This document shows positions 14,732 through 29,117 of a stretch of 64,000 bases of DNA, piece by piece. The notes below the pieces were generated by a model. That model searched no databases. It was not told where the DNA came from and saw only the letters and a program-made list of their open reading frames with translations. Source of the DNA: Lingula anatina (Eukaryota > Animalia > Brachiopoda); assembly GCA_051362555.1 (NCBI GenBank), contig CM120645.1, positions 5,456,001-5,520,000 on the forward strand, read 5' to 3'. The position numbers and the translations under genes were made by a program. Position 1 is the stretch's first letter. Every line of letters begins with the position of its first letter.

Positions 14732-17700
14732 TCATACACAGCTGAAGTCCCATAGTTTCACTGTTTTGTCATAGGACCCTGACACTATGACACTGTCATT
14801 AAACTGAAGACACGTCACACCATCTGTGTGGTGCCTCAAAGTCACTAGTCTCTTGCCAGTTTCTAGATTCCACACCTGGAATTGAATGAAATGTTTTCAT
14901 TTAATTATAAGCAAAAGAGCTTTTTTTCATTTAAAAATTATTACAAATGTTATGAATCAATTATATCAAGAAGCCCCCCCCCAAAAAAAAAAAAATAAAA
15001 AAAAATAAATAAATAAATAAATAAATACAATAAAAAAAGGATCTATCTAAACATCCCCAGCATGCAGTTATATTTCAACTTGTTGGACTCTTTTAAAGCT
15101 CTTTTTTATGAAAGAATAAAGAATGATGTGTATAGTATAATATCCAAACTACATATTGGAAGCCAAGTATTTTTCTTAGTGCAAGGTAAAAATTGATTAT
15201 CAATACATTACAAACATCAGTTAAATATTTTTCAATAAAGATCAATCTAGTTTCATCCAATAAATTAAATTCCAAGCACTCTACCTTGAGTGTCCTATCA
15301 TCAGAAGCACTGACCAGTCGCCAGGAGTCCGCCTGCAGACACCTGACCACCCTGGTGTGCCCCTCGGCCGCCTTCCAGTCGATGGTTTTAACACACTGAC
15401 CACTGGTCATATCCCAGAACATGAGGTTACAGTCCAGTGAGCCGCTGATGATACGGTTACTGTCAAACTGCAGACAGGTCACGGCGTCCTGGTGACCTTC
15501 CAAGGTCATCTGACAGCTGCCGTCAAAGGTCCAGATCTAAAAGAAAGTCAAAGCGTTATATTTTTGTCTTTTTTATATACAGCAGAAAAAGCATATCCAA
15601 AATGCTTTAAGACTAAAGTTTACTCAAGTAATGCCAAGACAATACTTACACGATGCTCCTATCTATTTCAACCACAGGAATATCAAATATTTTCACATTA
15701 TAAAAATTTGTTCCAATATATTTGTTTGTGATAAATGTTAATAGAGTTAAAAGGTGACAAATTACATCAAGTCTGTTGTATTGAATATTATCTGTACATA
15801 ATTTATCAAGTTTTCAATTATTTTTGGCTAAAAATGAAATTTAATATCTGCCAACTATAATGCTCAATGATAGTTGGAAAGGTAGAATTTAATGGCCCTC
15901 AGTTTTGAGAAAGAGACAGATTATACCTTGATAGTTTTGTCTGCAGAACCAGAGACAATCTTCCTATTGTCAAACTGTGCACACAGCACAGCAGCATCAT
16001 GGCCTCTGAAATGAAATGAAATAAATAAATAAATAAATAAATAAAGGTCATTGTAAAGCCCACATGTTTTAATCTATATTATGATAACAAAGAAATGAAA
16101 ACTTTGCTCATTTATAGATCATGGATGGAAGTTTAAGTGAACCTTCACCTCAGCTTGTTCTGATGAACACTTATATAATATCTAATTTCCTTGGGTGAAA
16201 AAGAGGAAATTTTCTTATTCCTTGCTCAACCCATCCCTGCATCCTGATTTTATGTTTTGTATCATTTTTAGTTTAAACAGCTTAGTCCCATAGTTATCAT
16301 AAAATTAAAATAATCTAGACCACCATGTCTTCCTGGCATTTCAGAAGAAAATATGGACCTCAAGTACTTTTATTTGAAAGGATTTTAAATCTCTAAGATC
16401 TGATTTGGAAATAGATACAATGCTTTGCAAACTATTTAGACATAAAAATGACTGGGCCATTTTCAAATGTGTTCAGCGTATCTTTTAAGTGTAAAACATT
16501 TTTTGTTCAAACCAACCTTAACATGGCCTATATCTAAACTCAAACTACAACATTAGACACCACAAGACAAAACTTCTCCCACCTGAGTGTCCGCCTGCAC
16601 TGTCCAGTCTTGATGTCCCAGATCTTTAGAGTTTTGTCATATGACCCACTTATCACCTTCTCGTCATCCACCTGAAAAGTCAACCCATTATATAGGATTT
16701 AGTTTTCAGCTTAAATCAGTAATAATTTCACACCATTTCCAGTTTCCTCGGGTAAAAAAGATCAATTTGGATTAAGTCTCCTTTTACAAAAAAATTTACA
16801 GCTCAAAGTATTTTTTCCTGGGATACATGACATTTTTTCACATGCTGTATTATGTGAGGCCTTGGTCCAAAAAATTCATTGAGGACATATGTCAAAGTAT
16901 CTATTTCAAATAAAAATGACTGGAATGAATGCAGTTTTATGTTTTTAATATTAAAAGTCCTAAAATATTTAAAAGACTTACCTGTAAACACCTGACAGTG
17001 TCTGTGTGTCCTATCATGGTCACCTTACAGGCAATACTGGACCAGCTCTGCTGCGTGGACAAATCCCAAACCTACAAGTTCATCATCATCAGCATTACTG
17101 TTGTGATAAATAACAATCATTTCCTAAAATTAAATCCATGTTTTTGCTTTTGGGAGTTATTTGCACAATGAATGTACAATTTTCAAAGATAATATTATAA
17201 ATGGGCCTTTATCTTAAGAACTAAATATTTATACAAATATGATGAAACTCACAAGTCATATCTTTACAGTCATCACACTTAATTACACTGATAGCCAAAA
17301 AAGCATGATTTTACACAATGTCAAACATTTACATAACCAAATACTTACATGTTGTTCCAAGAAATATTTTTCTTTTAAATATTTTCAGGTGCGTGTCTTG
17401 AGTAAACTCCCCCTTCGTCCTTTAATTGCTCCACCCTATAAAAATGGTTTTCCATCTCTCCCTCATAGACCCCCCCTCCCCCAAATCCTACCTTAAAGGT
17501 CTCTCCTCCTTACCTTAATAGTTCTATCAGTTGACCCACTGACCAGTCTGTTCCCATCCAGATGTAGACAGCGGACAGTGCCAGAGTGACCCACCAATGT
17601 CTGAACTGACCAAGGGGTGTTGGTCCTGATGTTCCACACCTTGAAAGACAGACAAAATATTTGTAGAATATATGAGTATACAAAGTGATTTTCCTTGAAG

Positions 17701-20700
17701 AATATTTGAATGAGGTCTGACCAATATAAATAATTGTATAAGTCCATTTTCCCCAGATTTGAAAGAAAGCAACCGACTGTCACTCGTAACTTTTTTTATC
17801 TTCTTTATATCAGAGCCAAAACCCAAGCTCTTTTCTACGTCAAAACCAAATAAAAGTCATTTCCTTGCATCCAGTTGAACTTAATATTGATAATCAATAT
17901 ATTATTAAGTATTTAAAATTAATTTCCCATACTGACACAGATAGTGAGTAAAGAAAACACACTTTGAAATAACGATATCTAACATTTATCACATGGTATC
18001 ATAGGATAACATAATTACTTACCTTGACTGTTTTATCTGAAGATCCACTCACTATTCGAGTGTCATCAAATTGAACACATGATATGCCTACAAGCAAGGA
18101 AAACAACTTTGAATGACAGCACAAAATAGTTATTAAATTAAGCCACAATGTGTACATAGCAAAGCCATCAGTTCTTAATTATAGTTTTTTGTTTTGCTAA
18201 TGGCAGTACCATGAAGGAATATTTGGCTGAATTTATTATTCGGTTGACAGTTCACTTTTTGAATACTCAGATGATAATATTTGCAGTTTCCTCTTGCCAG
18301 AGAGACTCAATTAAACAAAATTTTGTCAAATATTTTAAAATGATTCTACATCAAGGAGGTAAATTCTGCAATCAAATCTGGGGGGCTTTTGACAGCCATT
18401 TTGACCTCACCTTGTGTGTGTCCTTCAAATGTCCGTACATGACAGCGACCTTTGAGCCAGTTATTCCTCAGACGATATCTTTCTGCAAAAACTTTCTTCC
18501 ACTGGAAAAAAAAAAGCCATTTTAACATTTTGATGTGCCTCCAGCCATCTTCCTCAAACACAATGCAATAAAAGTATACTATCTCTTGTGAATAAAAATA
18601 TCTTAGTTTGTAACCAAAGAACATCTGATCATTATTATTTACCAAAATCATGAAACTTTAAACAGCCATTTATTTTAATAAAGCACATCGACGGCTTCAT
18701 TATTTTCCTAACAAAATTTGGAAATCATAGACACCTGACTCCAGTGTTTTTTTCTCTTTAGTCAAGTTAAATACACCATTTAGATCTATACAAATACTTC
18801 ATATGTCTCTTAGAGCGCATTCTCAACGAATTAAGCCAGGCTTTACAAAGCCGGTGACCTAAAAATGGCGGACGTACATGAAAGAAAAACCGCCTAATCT
18901 TTTAATAGTCTCTCCGCCTCTCACACGCCTCCCCACACGTCGTCCCTGCAGGGTACAGTAATTAAATTGCGTCTCCGTTCGCCATGCGGAAGCTACCTGA
19001 GAAATATTAAGTGCGCATGCTCATCAGTTAAACTCATGGTGAAGAAAGCATGGTGGCTGAAGGCGATCGAAGGAAAAAAGCTCTTCTGTTCTATTATCTT
19101 TGAAAACAGAGACGAAAAAGGAATAATTTGGCCCGTAGAGCAGCAATGAATCGACTATCTACGGAGATAATATCACCAGAGATATTCACGGAAATATTAA
19201 TGTTCGGAGCCGAGATTTAATTACTGTACCCCGCAGGGACGACGTGTGGGGAGGCGTGTGAGAGGCGGAGAGACTATTAAAAGATTAGGCGGTTTTTCTT
19301 TCATGTACGTCCGCCATTTTTAGGTCACCGGCTTTGTAAGGCCTGGCTTAATTCATTGAGAATGCGCTCTTACATGAACTGTGCCATCTGGCAGGATATT
19401 ATTGATAAGCTGTTTCTGCTCTCCAGTTGTGGAGAGTCTCCACTGGGGCAGGCTGCAGAAGTGCCTCCAGAGACACAGTTCACTAGACAGCATATACCAC
19501 TTCCTGCACACTTTAGAGGCTTGGCACAGGGTCTCTGGAAAAATAAAGAACAAATCATATATTATTCTATTCTAGCTCATTGCAAACACTGGGCTTTGCA
19601 TCCCAAAAATCTGCGTGATAAGTTGGTCCTAAGTTTAAGGTAAAAATTCACTTAAGTTTAACCCAAGATTAATCAGGGTTAGTTCATTTACAGGAAAACA
19701 TTATATCTTGCTCTCGTTAAAGGTAAGAAATGGCTAATGTTAAGAAAGCAGTGCACAATCATGGTGGATTACATGAAATTATTATCATTTATTTTAAAGT
19801 TTGCCTTCATATAAGTTTTATATATAAAAGCAAGAAAATATTCCTACCTGGGTCTAAAAAAGACATAACATAGAGCGCTAGGTTAGACGGCAACCATGAC
19901 AAGACATCCTGACAGTTGGCTGGACAGCCAGCATGGAGTTTTGGTCCTACTTTCACTGAGAGTAAATGCATCTGGGGCAATCCACAGGATTCCTGCAATT
20001 GTGACAAAAAAGAAAAATATGTAAGTTAATAAATAATCAATTGTTACATGTAATTCATGGAATATTGATTTTGTAACATAGGAGCAATATATATATATAT
20101 ACAAGTTCCTATGACAGTGACAGCCATGACAAAACATAAGAGTTACTGCTAAGGCATAACTGCCCAGAATTGAGAAGGTAATTAAAGTTATTGATTGAAG
20201 TCTGAGATTTCCACATTTCCGATAAAGCACTTAGAGTATTCGATTTCTGATATAATAATTATTTTTTCTAGTCATTACACATCCCAGCTCCCTTTGGCAG
20301 CTCTTCTGGCTGGTTTATTTAAGTTTACAGACTTGTCTAAAATTTCAATTACTCAATGTTGTCAGCTTAGTTATGGATGTCTTTAGAGACTTTAAAAACA
20401 GTTGTTGATCACAATTTTGAAATGAAACTGCACTTTTTACTTTCACATCTTAAACTTCAATGGTTTTACATTTTTTTTGAGACCTCTGACATGACCAATC
20501 CTGTCACAAGAATAATGTCCATTATTTTATTAAGTTACCACAGCTGATTTTTACTGTGCACATATACCAGATCCGTCACAGCAAAAAGTAAAGGATCTGC
20601 CACAACTGAAGAGTAATGTACACACAAATCCAAGTAATTGCTCTCAGAAATTTGACAGCCTGCTCAGCTTGTTCACCAGTTCTAATCAAACCACATTCCA

Positions 20701-23700
20701 CAATAGTCACTGAGAGCAGACTTGCAGTCTGCTGTTAGCAATCAGTGACAAGACGAGCACACACTTAAACCAAAAGATCTGACACATGAATAAGCTGCTG
20801 GAAAAATTAACAGGCAGTTTTCATGACAAGCTGCAGGAAAAATTAACAAGTAGTTTTTATGACTGACCTTTGCAAGTTTATTTGACCTGACAGACTGTTA
20901 ACTTTTTTATGCCAAAAAATGTTTTTCAATTAAAGTACCAGTAATGTATTTAAGAATTTGTTTTTGGTGCAATGAGCAAATTAAGCAAATACAAGTGATT
21001 GAGACTCGTATTAAACAGGAGGAATACCATAATGATACCAGTAAGTCAATTAGTGAGTGGAAATTAGTGAGTGGAAATTAAGCTGATAGAAATTGAAATA
21101 CTGTACTTTACTTTTGTAATCAATTTACCTGAACATATGAAGGAAAACATCATATACAGGATATTCATTAAAAAAAAAAAAATGGCAATGTAATTCACCA
21201 AAATTACATTACATAACAATGAAAAAAATCTCTCTTGTTTTGAATGCATTATAACTCTTAAGGCAACTGCAAAAAAAATTGAAGCAAAAAGGGCAACCCA
21301 GAGTTCAATGTGCTGCATTAAAAAGAAAAGTGCACATGCTGTTGCTGATGGCAAGAACAAATGCAGGCAACTACTTCTAATTCATGCAGGAAAAAGAAAA
21401 AAAAAACATCTGAAAGAAGGGATATTTGATTATATTCACATTCTACAGTCAGATTGATTTCCTTATTAAAATGTAACAAAAACTGAGGCATGACTCAAAG
21501 CTCTGCAGCACATTTAACCAACTTCTCATCAATCATCTTACCAAAATATCTTTTAACATTATGTTCTTTTGTTCATCGCTGAATTCTGCAAACCACACAC
21601 TGATTGTCTGAAATGACAAGAAGACGACACTTATGTAATGTAATTTTACTTGACGATTCTCATAACATTTAGTTCACCACATTTAACACTGCCATATCTC
21701 TAAAATGTACAGTAATGAATGGCACAGAGTAAAAATAACATTTTACATTGTGAAGGTGAAATTTCAGTCAGTAAACACAGTAAATGGCAACGGTCCTGAA
21801 ACATGGAAACCACTGACAGGTGACTTAGGATATGCCACTGCTACAAAACACTCATGTCTGTTTCTATCAAAATCTTTGATCAAGGGTTAGAGTTAACTGC
21901 AGATTTGTGGGTATCAGGTAAGTTAAAGTAAAAATCTTAACGTTTGAACTTTCAACCATGGCCAAAATTATTTCATCTCCCTAAGAGCGTAACAATTCAG
22001 TCATCATTTCTTCCCCTTTCATGACAGTTGCTTAAATATTTTCCAGATTTTTAGACTTGGAATTGAGATCTCAAAAACAGTTGTTTTATAGATTATAATT
22101 TCAACAGCAAATATGTATAGGGTTTCTGTAATTGGTGACAGATGTAATACTGATGCAATTTCCAGGAAATTTATCTCTTTATTCATTTCCTATATAAAGA
22201 TCTAACACACATTATTAAGGGCATTTTCACATAATATCTGGTGGTCAACATGGTGTTACAGTTTTGAGCATGTATATAAACTTATTAATCAATCTCCATC
22301 ACCAACCAATAAAGGCAGCCAAAAAATCAGAAATTATAGGGTGTCTGAGCAATTGCGTGACACAAAACCACCCATATACATACAACATGAATCTTGCCAA
22401 CAACTGATTATTCTTTTACATCAAGAGCAGCCTGTACTTCCAAGAATTCCCGGTCCAGATACCCTGAGGTTCTATCTCATAATGAAAACTAACAACCAAC
22501 GCCCCCTGGTGGCAACCAAAAGATTGCCTGAAATGCCACACAGATAATAAATCGTTGGATAAGTTCAAAAGTTCTCAAATAGCAGAAATAGAGGTTTGAC
22601 TTTTGTCATGCAAGCAAAAAAATGTATTTAAAAAAAAAAAAAAGGCTTTAAGGTTGTTGGTTAAAAGACTTTTTGTGTGATAAAACACCTTATATTTCTA
22701 CTACTTTACTTAGAAGAGATAAAAAATAAAGAGGGGGGCAATTATTTAAAAAGGGTCAAAACAAAATGTGGAATGGCCTTATAAAATATATTTAATGTCA
22801 AACAATTTGGTTTAACACACTCGAACCTAATTCAACAAGTCCCCTTTGGAAAAATGACAGAAGAAACCCACTATAGTCTTAGTATTTACCTGGCTACTGC
22901 ACTGCACCAAGGAAACATAAGAAATGTCTGACAGGCAAACAGCAGATATCTTTGAAGTAATGTTGACTTTGATGTCGGGGCATTTGAAGATTTGTTTGAA
23001 ACAGCGCTAAATCAGGAACCTTATACAACTTGACATTTCCAAATTAACATGTAAAACAAAATGTTTTCACATACTAGTATTCTAAATCAATAGTTCTAAA
23101 GTCAGACATGCAGCACGAGTGTAGGAAATGTCTTTCTGAACTCAAGTTAATTTAAGCCGGTGTCCCTGAGCGTTTCATCTGGGAAGCTTTCACTACTCAT
23201 TTCTACTGAACTTATTTTGGAAGAATTCAACTCTGTAGACTAAACAACGTGCAAGCTAAGGAACTAACATATGCATGTTTACAGCCAACTGAGTGGCTTT
23301 CTATGAAAACATAAAATGACATAAGCCTGGAAATTAAATGGATTTTCAATAGACTCCAGTTACAAAAACCTTTAATTTATACATTTCCTGATTATAATTT
23401 ACAAAACGTGGTGAAAATTAAACGAGGTTTTTCTTTTTCTTTTCCTTAGAATGAAGATGATGGTTTCAGTTAAAATGTATATATCCTTCTTAAAATATCA
23501 ACACATTCAAAATATTTCAATATTTAAATTAACAATCATGATTCTTGTTTTATCTTTTTTTTTCTCCAAATATCATTCAGAATGTGCAATATGTCTCTCA
23601 CCCCTCCTCCAAAAGAATGTCATTCTTTAGTACTAGTACATTAAAGTAACTTCTTTCACTTCTGACTCTTTGCAATGTTTCTTCAGAACAGCAAACAATA

Positions 23701-25036
23701 TGCTACTGACAACAGTCATATATTACTGACACTGTATACTAACTGGGTTTTCAAAAAGTGTACTTACATCTTTCCTCTTTTTAAACTCGAGTGGTCCCAC
23801 TTCTGCCTTTGTCTTAAGTAGGCCTGCCCTGTCCCTGTCAATACTGTTATTATCGATAATGTAACTGCTGCTATCATTGTTACTGCTACTGTCATTGTTA
23901 AAACTGCCACCACTGATACTCCTGGTCAAATCCTCTGTCTCTGCCTCGTCGTCCTGTACTTGGCAGTTACAAACACTGGGCCCAGCTTGGCTGGCCATGT
24001 GGTACAGGTTATCACAAATTCCAAGGTGAGATTTCCCCCCGGGGAGCCGCGCCCATCCCCGACTACTGGAGTAGTTGGGTAAGCTGCTGTACTTTAACGA
24101 GGACAACTCAGGTGACACTGACGGAGTTCTGATATGCATAGTGAGGAGTCCATCAAAGGAAGAGCGCCTGCCAACTTGAGAAAGAGATGGAGGAATGAGT
24201 AGGTGTTCAGTATGCTCAGCACTAGTGGTAGCAGCGGCAGCATTAAGGTCTCTACTGCCTCTGGTTGGCAAGAAGCCACTACTATCACTGTGGGCTGCAA
24301 TGCCTGGTTCAGCCAGAGCCAGATGACCTTTGACATGACCTCTGACATGACCTCTGACCTTTGTTTGGTTGATTGCCCTGTGGGGACATGATATGTTAGA
24401 TTTCTGGTCACATACACACAATAGGTCAGAGGGCACGGAGAAACTCAAAGGTAGACTGGGGTTTTCACTCAGGGCTGATTCTGGATTCAGTCTTTCAGTA
24501 TCAAGACTTTTGGAGATGGACAGTGCCTTTTTCTTCCTGGACCGGACAAACTTGGAGGGCTTGCTGTTCATCTTTGAAGCCTCTAACTGGTGAAACAATG
24601 CCCTTGCGACGCTCGGCTTCAAGCAGCTCTGTTCGTCAATCTCACTGTTTGGATAGAGCTGTGACTTACGCACTCCACTTTGCTCACCAAACTCAAAGAA
24701 TTCATCGCTGGACGAGCTGCTTTCCATCCATCCAGCATGGGATCCATTGCTCAGCCCTAAAATATCGTCTGCTGAATGTAGGGGTGAAAGGTCAACATCC
24801 ATGGGGTCATCCGTTAGGCAGCCTCCCTCTGGCATGGCTCCATCCTCGGACTGAGTCTCCCGACTGCCCTTGGCTTTTCTTGTAAACCACGCCACCTTTT
24901 CCCAGACCTTTGAACGCCCCTTGGCACGTTTTGTAGGAGGTTTTGCACTGTCTGAGTCGCTTGGGCTGAGATACCACTCCCCCAGTGATCCTGCTGCCCC
25001 CGCCCCAGGGGAACTTTCACTGGGGCCACCCTCCAT
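14732..25036 (-). CDS. F-box/WD40 repeat protein (FBXW7/beta-TrCP/Met30-like class), ~858 aa
   Basis: Phase-consistent exons 25036-23768, 21607-21542, 19992-19848, 19534-19374, 18501-18411, 18087-18023, 17639-17514, 17071-16982, 16671-16583, 16005-15927, 15536-15285 and 14875-14732. They encode a disordered N-terminus, a D-domain-like helix (WFAEFSDEQKNIML), an F-box (LPSNLALYVMSFLDPETLCQASKVCRKW) and seven WD40 repeats (GH..V.CLQFD..IVSGS.DKT.K.W). Confidence 0.92.
18813..19369. mobile_element. PIF/Harbinger-type MITE, 557 bp, ~155-bp TIRs, TTA TSD
   Basis: GAGCGCATTCTCAA...TTGAGAATGCGCTC with near-perfect long inverted repeats; TTA at 18810-18812 and 19370-19372. Confidence 0.92.
22499..22514 (-). 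promoter_or_regulatory. CTCF-like motif in an F-box gene intron
   Basis: Reverse complement GCCACCAGGGGGCG fits the CTCF core consensus and stands out in AT-rich surroundings. Confidence 0.5.
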
Positions 25037-25792
25037 ATCAAAATCTAAAATAATAACAATAATAATAATAATAAAATAAAATTTAAATTCTTTCACTTTA
25101 TGACAAGGTTAACTCTGGTGCAATTTCTATTACGATTAATTATCTACATATTAAAGGCATGCTATCCACCTTTGGAAATGTCTTAAATTCAAATTTTCTG
25201 TCTTCAAATCCTACAAAGCTACTTACTGTACTAACTTAATCTTTCCTAATTTATCCCTTTAACACAATAATACCCCTCAAATAACAGGCCTGCTGTCACT
25301 AGCTCATGAAACACATAGGAGGACATGGAATACTAAAGGTAAGGGCAAACAAATAGAACTAAATTTATTACTTGAAAATGGTATAAACATTGAATCTAAG
25401 TGCAGGGACAGACTGAGAAATGATTTGTGAGAGGGAGAAAATTACTTTCTAGATTTTCAAAAGGAAAATTAGATTTGGCAGCAAAAGCCTGGATAGGATA
25501 CCTTAAACAATGATAGACTGCCAAAAAGAAAATATGAAATAAGACTTTTATTAATATATATCTAATTTCCTGTGTTTCAAGAACTTCTGATTGGGATTAT
25601 TATTGAATTATATGATTCAGCCAATCACCAAAATAATGATAATGGTAATAATCAGTTAGGACTATCCCTTTTGCTATTACTATTACTGTAAATAAACAGA
25701 TGGAACTAATATCTGAGCACATCAATTGCAAATAAGCATATATAAGAAATGAATCATTTTGGTTTAAATTTCTCCAGCTATTCTCTTAACTC

Positions 25793-25823
<31 letters not shown>

Positions 25824-28361
25824 AGTAAGTCAATATTGGCAAAACCTGAGATGAAGTCTATTTCAAAATGTCTACAGCTTCATCATGCTAAAAAACCATG
25901 ACTAAAATGTCAATTTAGAAACAATGAACCAGACAAAATGTATAAAGATATTATAAAAGCAATTCATTTCATTCCCTGGGCCTTCTTGTTCATTCAGAAA
26001 CACAATCACAGGGCGATTCAAATCAGCATGCTATAATCTTGTACTGATACATGGGCAAAGCTATGGGGAAAACAGTTCAATTCAGATACAAGCATAAGAC
26101 CATAAATGACATTTGCAGTTCAGTATGATGGGCTTTAATGGCTATGTACTTTGTAAAACTGACCATTATATTGGTATTGTGTCCAATATTCTCTTAACCT
26201 TGACTGAGGATATGAGTGTTAATTAACAGAGGTGAGGGTGTTATTTGCAAAGTTACTGATAAATTCCAAATAATATATAATAATAATTTTTTTCTTTTCT
26301 TTCTTACAATTACAACATTGACCATCATTACCTGCCAACTGTTAACATGCCAATCAAAACTGAAACTAACTTGATTTTGTAACTTTAAAAAATTAATTTA
26401 GCATTGCTGACATAGAAACAATTTTGAAAAAAAATTATAAACTAAGATCATTGATTTTTTTTTTTTTTTGAAAACTGCAATTGAAAGTATGTTCACAATC
26501 GAACAAAAATAATCTGGGCTCTCTTAAAATTAAGAGCTAATATACCTGTATACCTTTCTACAGATGATAAGTTATTCCTCTATTTATTAATTTACAAAGA
26601 ACCTGTCAACTCACAGCACATGTGATTTGGTATTAAATTTTACCTTTGTGAATAATAAAAATGAAACTGCTCTGTCTTCTTTGACAAAACAGTGACTCAT
26701 GCTTCAAGGTGAAAAAGGTTTGAAGCATACCAATCTGTTATTTACACGCATTGCTATGATAAAAGGTATGAATCACCAGATGAGCCATTTGAGAATCCCA
26801 TAGGAGGTGACATACTAGAACACAGAAAACTGATCTGCTTGTTCACAAAAGAAAACTTGGTCAAATGGAAACTTCAGGAAAATAAATTAATAATCATAGC
26901 AGAAAATAAAATAATGAATAACTGGGATTTAAAATATAAATAGAAATAGAAATAAAATTTATAAATAAGTTGCAGTAGCTCCTAAACTTGTTTAAACACA
27001 AATTCTGATTTCTAACATTGACAATTTAATGACTTGGTTTTTGGGGGCAGGTTTGAGGCTCAAAAGCAGTCTGTAAATCCCCATGTCTCCCATCATGTTT
27101 AACCACTAGTTTAAAACCTATAGACAGCAAGGGGATGGGTGGGGCAGGGGGGCAAGGACAGTCACAATCAAGTATCTCTTCCCTAACATTAAAACTTATG
27201 CATTTTTCCTCCTTAAACTGTTTTGAGCAAAGCCCACAGATATGCAAAATCAATATTGCTCACTGATAAATAATGAGCTTGAAATAGGCTATCTGAATAC
27301 ATTAAAAGCCTACCAATCTTGATTGCCATCTGTCTCTCCTTTCTTGGCCAGTCAAACTTGCTTGATAACAAACAGTTCAGGAGGCAATAATCAAATAAAT
27401 CAAGGGTTTGAGAAAGAAATAATTGGTGCAATGCACTCTACAAAATATTTTTTGATCACGTTTTTGATATTTTTCCTCTAATACTCACTGCCAACTTCTC
27501 CCAGTTCATTCAACAGAAAAATGCAACTGCAAAGGTTTCCAGTGAACTGAAATTCATTCCCCCTTCAAAACACATTTTAAACCTTGGTACACTATCACTT
27601 ATTGAGATGTTTTCCAACAACAAAGATTAATTTTTTTTCAATGGTATATCCTAGTAGAGTAACAATCATCAACAATACCAGAAAAAAAGATTATTACAAT
27701 GCTGGGAATAGTCAGTTACTAGGTCTGTTAAAGATGTATGATCCCTTTTAAACATTGAGACCAAAATTTGATAACTTTTGATAGATAAGACATTTGAATA
27801 AGTGGAAAGCTTGCAATGTACATGTAAGTTACTTCTGTTATATATCTTACTGTAGATCAATCAGATCTCGTACATTTCTTCTCCTTGAACTCCAGTGAGA
27901 CATTTAAAATGTCATCTTAGGCATGTGCACACACTGTGAATAATACAACTCCAGTGTCGTGTTTCCAGGCAAGATGAGCTGACTTAACTTAGCAGACCCC
28001 ATGCAAACAGACTATTTACTTATTAACAGACTATTTCATTACATTAAGCTCACCAAAGAAACTAAATCCAAGGGCTGAGCACACCAAATAGTACAGGACT
28101 CTGTTATAATGATGGTGGGCAGGATGATAGGGATAAGTGTTACTCACTGTGACACTCAGGCAGGGGTTGAAGTAATATTTGAACACTGAAGATCCAAATT
28201 GACATCTTTATTCCATGTATACTAACAGCTGATAATTGCAATAAAATCAATTTATAACATATGATCATGTAGTGCATGATATGGATGTGCAATAATAACA
28301 TCCTGCATGAATTGTAGTATGTTACATTTTATAACTAGAGGAACCTTTCAGAGGTTTGTGG

Positions 28362-28530
28362 ATAAAATTATCCTTCAGGAGTTTGTGGATATATCCATCA
28401 GGGGTTTGTGGATATATCCATCAGGGCTTTGTTGATTTGTCCATCAGGGCTTTGTGGATATCCATCAGGCATTTGTGGATTTATCCATTTGGGGTTTATG
28501 GATATCCATCGCGGGTTTGTGGATTTATAC
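28362..28530. repeat. Minisatellite, ~21-23-bp unit (GGTTTGTGGATATATCCATCAGG), about 8 copies
   Basis: Head-to-tail degenerate copies, each containing the palindrome GGATATATCC. Confidence 0.9.
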
Positions 28531-28872
28531 ATAAGAAGCTTTACGGTATATTTGCATATACCCTTTGTAAACCTATTCTCTGATCACAGGGTGCGCTAGT
28601 ACTAAGTCGTCTAGCTGTTACAAAATTACTATTTTGCACTTTGTGCAATGTCAAATAATCACGAGGAACACGTTCCTCACCAGACAGGCATTTTTACACC
28701 TAGGTGCTGAGGAGGGCACATCCCTGTCTATGTTACAAACCATCAAATTGGGTGTTTGAATTTCCACAGGGGCTCATACTCATTTCAGAAGCCTCTGGTA
28801 TCAGGGAGTACTGTAACCCCACCCATCTTTGTCCAAGCTTCTGCCAACTTACATGTAGTAGTACAGTATGTA

Positions 28873-29117
28873 TGGGACCATTTCCAGACCTGTCGTACTA
28901 ACTTTGGATCGATCTATCTCCTAGGGGATTATCGCTAAATTGCAATCAACTTAAGTGGCTTAGATGTCTGTTATGCCTACTGAAGCTGATAGGGGGTAAT
29001 TAACTATCATTTATCAGACATCTAAGCCGCATAAGCTGAAAGCAACTGGAGAAACCACTTGGAGAATGGAGATAGACCGATCCCATTAGATCGATCTAGG
29101 TATGGGAACCCAGTCTA
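28873..29117. mobile_element. Degenerate fold-back MITE, same family as 42184-42398
   Basis: Nested inverted repeats (GATCGATCTATCTCC/GGAGATAGACCGATC; GGCTTAGATGTCTG/CAGACATCTAAGCC). Core GGGGGTAATTAACTA is the reverse complement of TAGTTAATTACCCCC in the 42.2-kb copy. Confidence 0.65.

Noticed and set aside
14732-25036. Assigning the symbol FBXW7 or BTRC
   Set aside because: The architecture is similar but the WD40 sequences do not match either as I recall them; phylogeny is needed.
28362-28530. Short palindromic repeats resembling a CRISPR array
   Set aside because: Units are head-to-tail with no unique spacers, there are no cas genes, and the context is eukaryotic.
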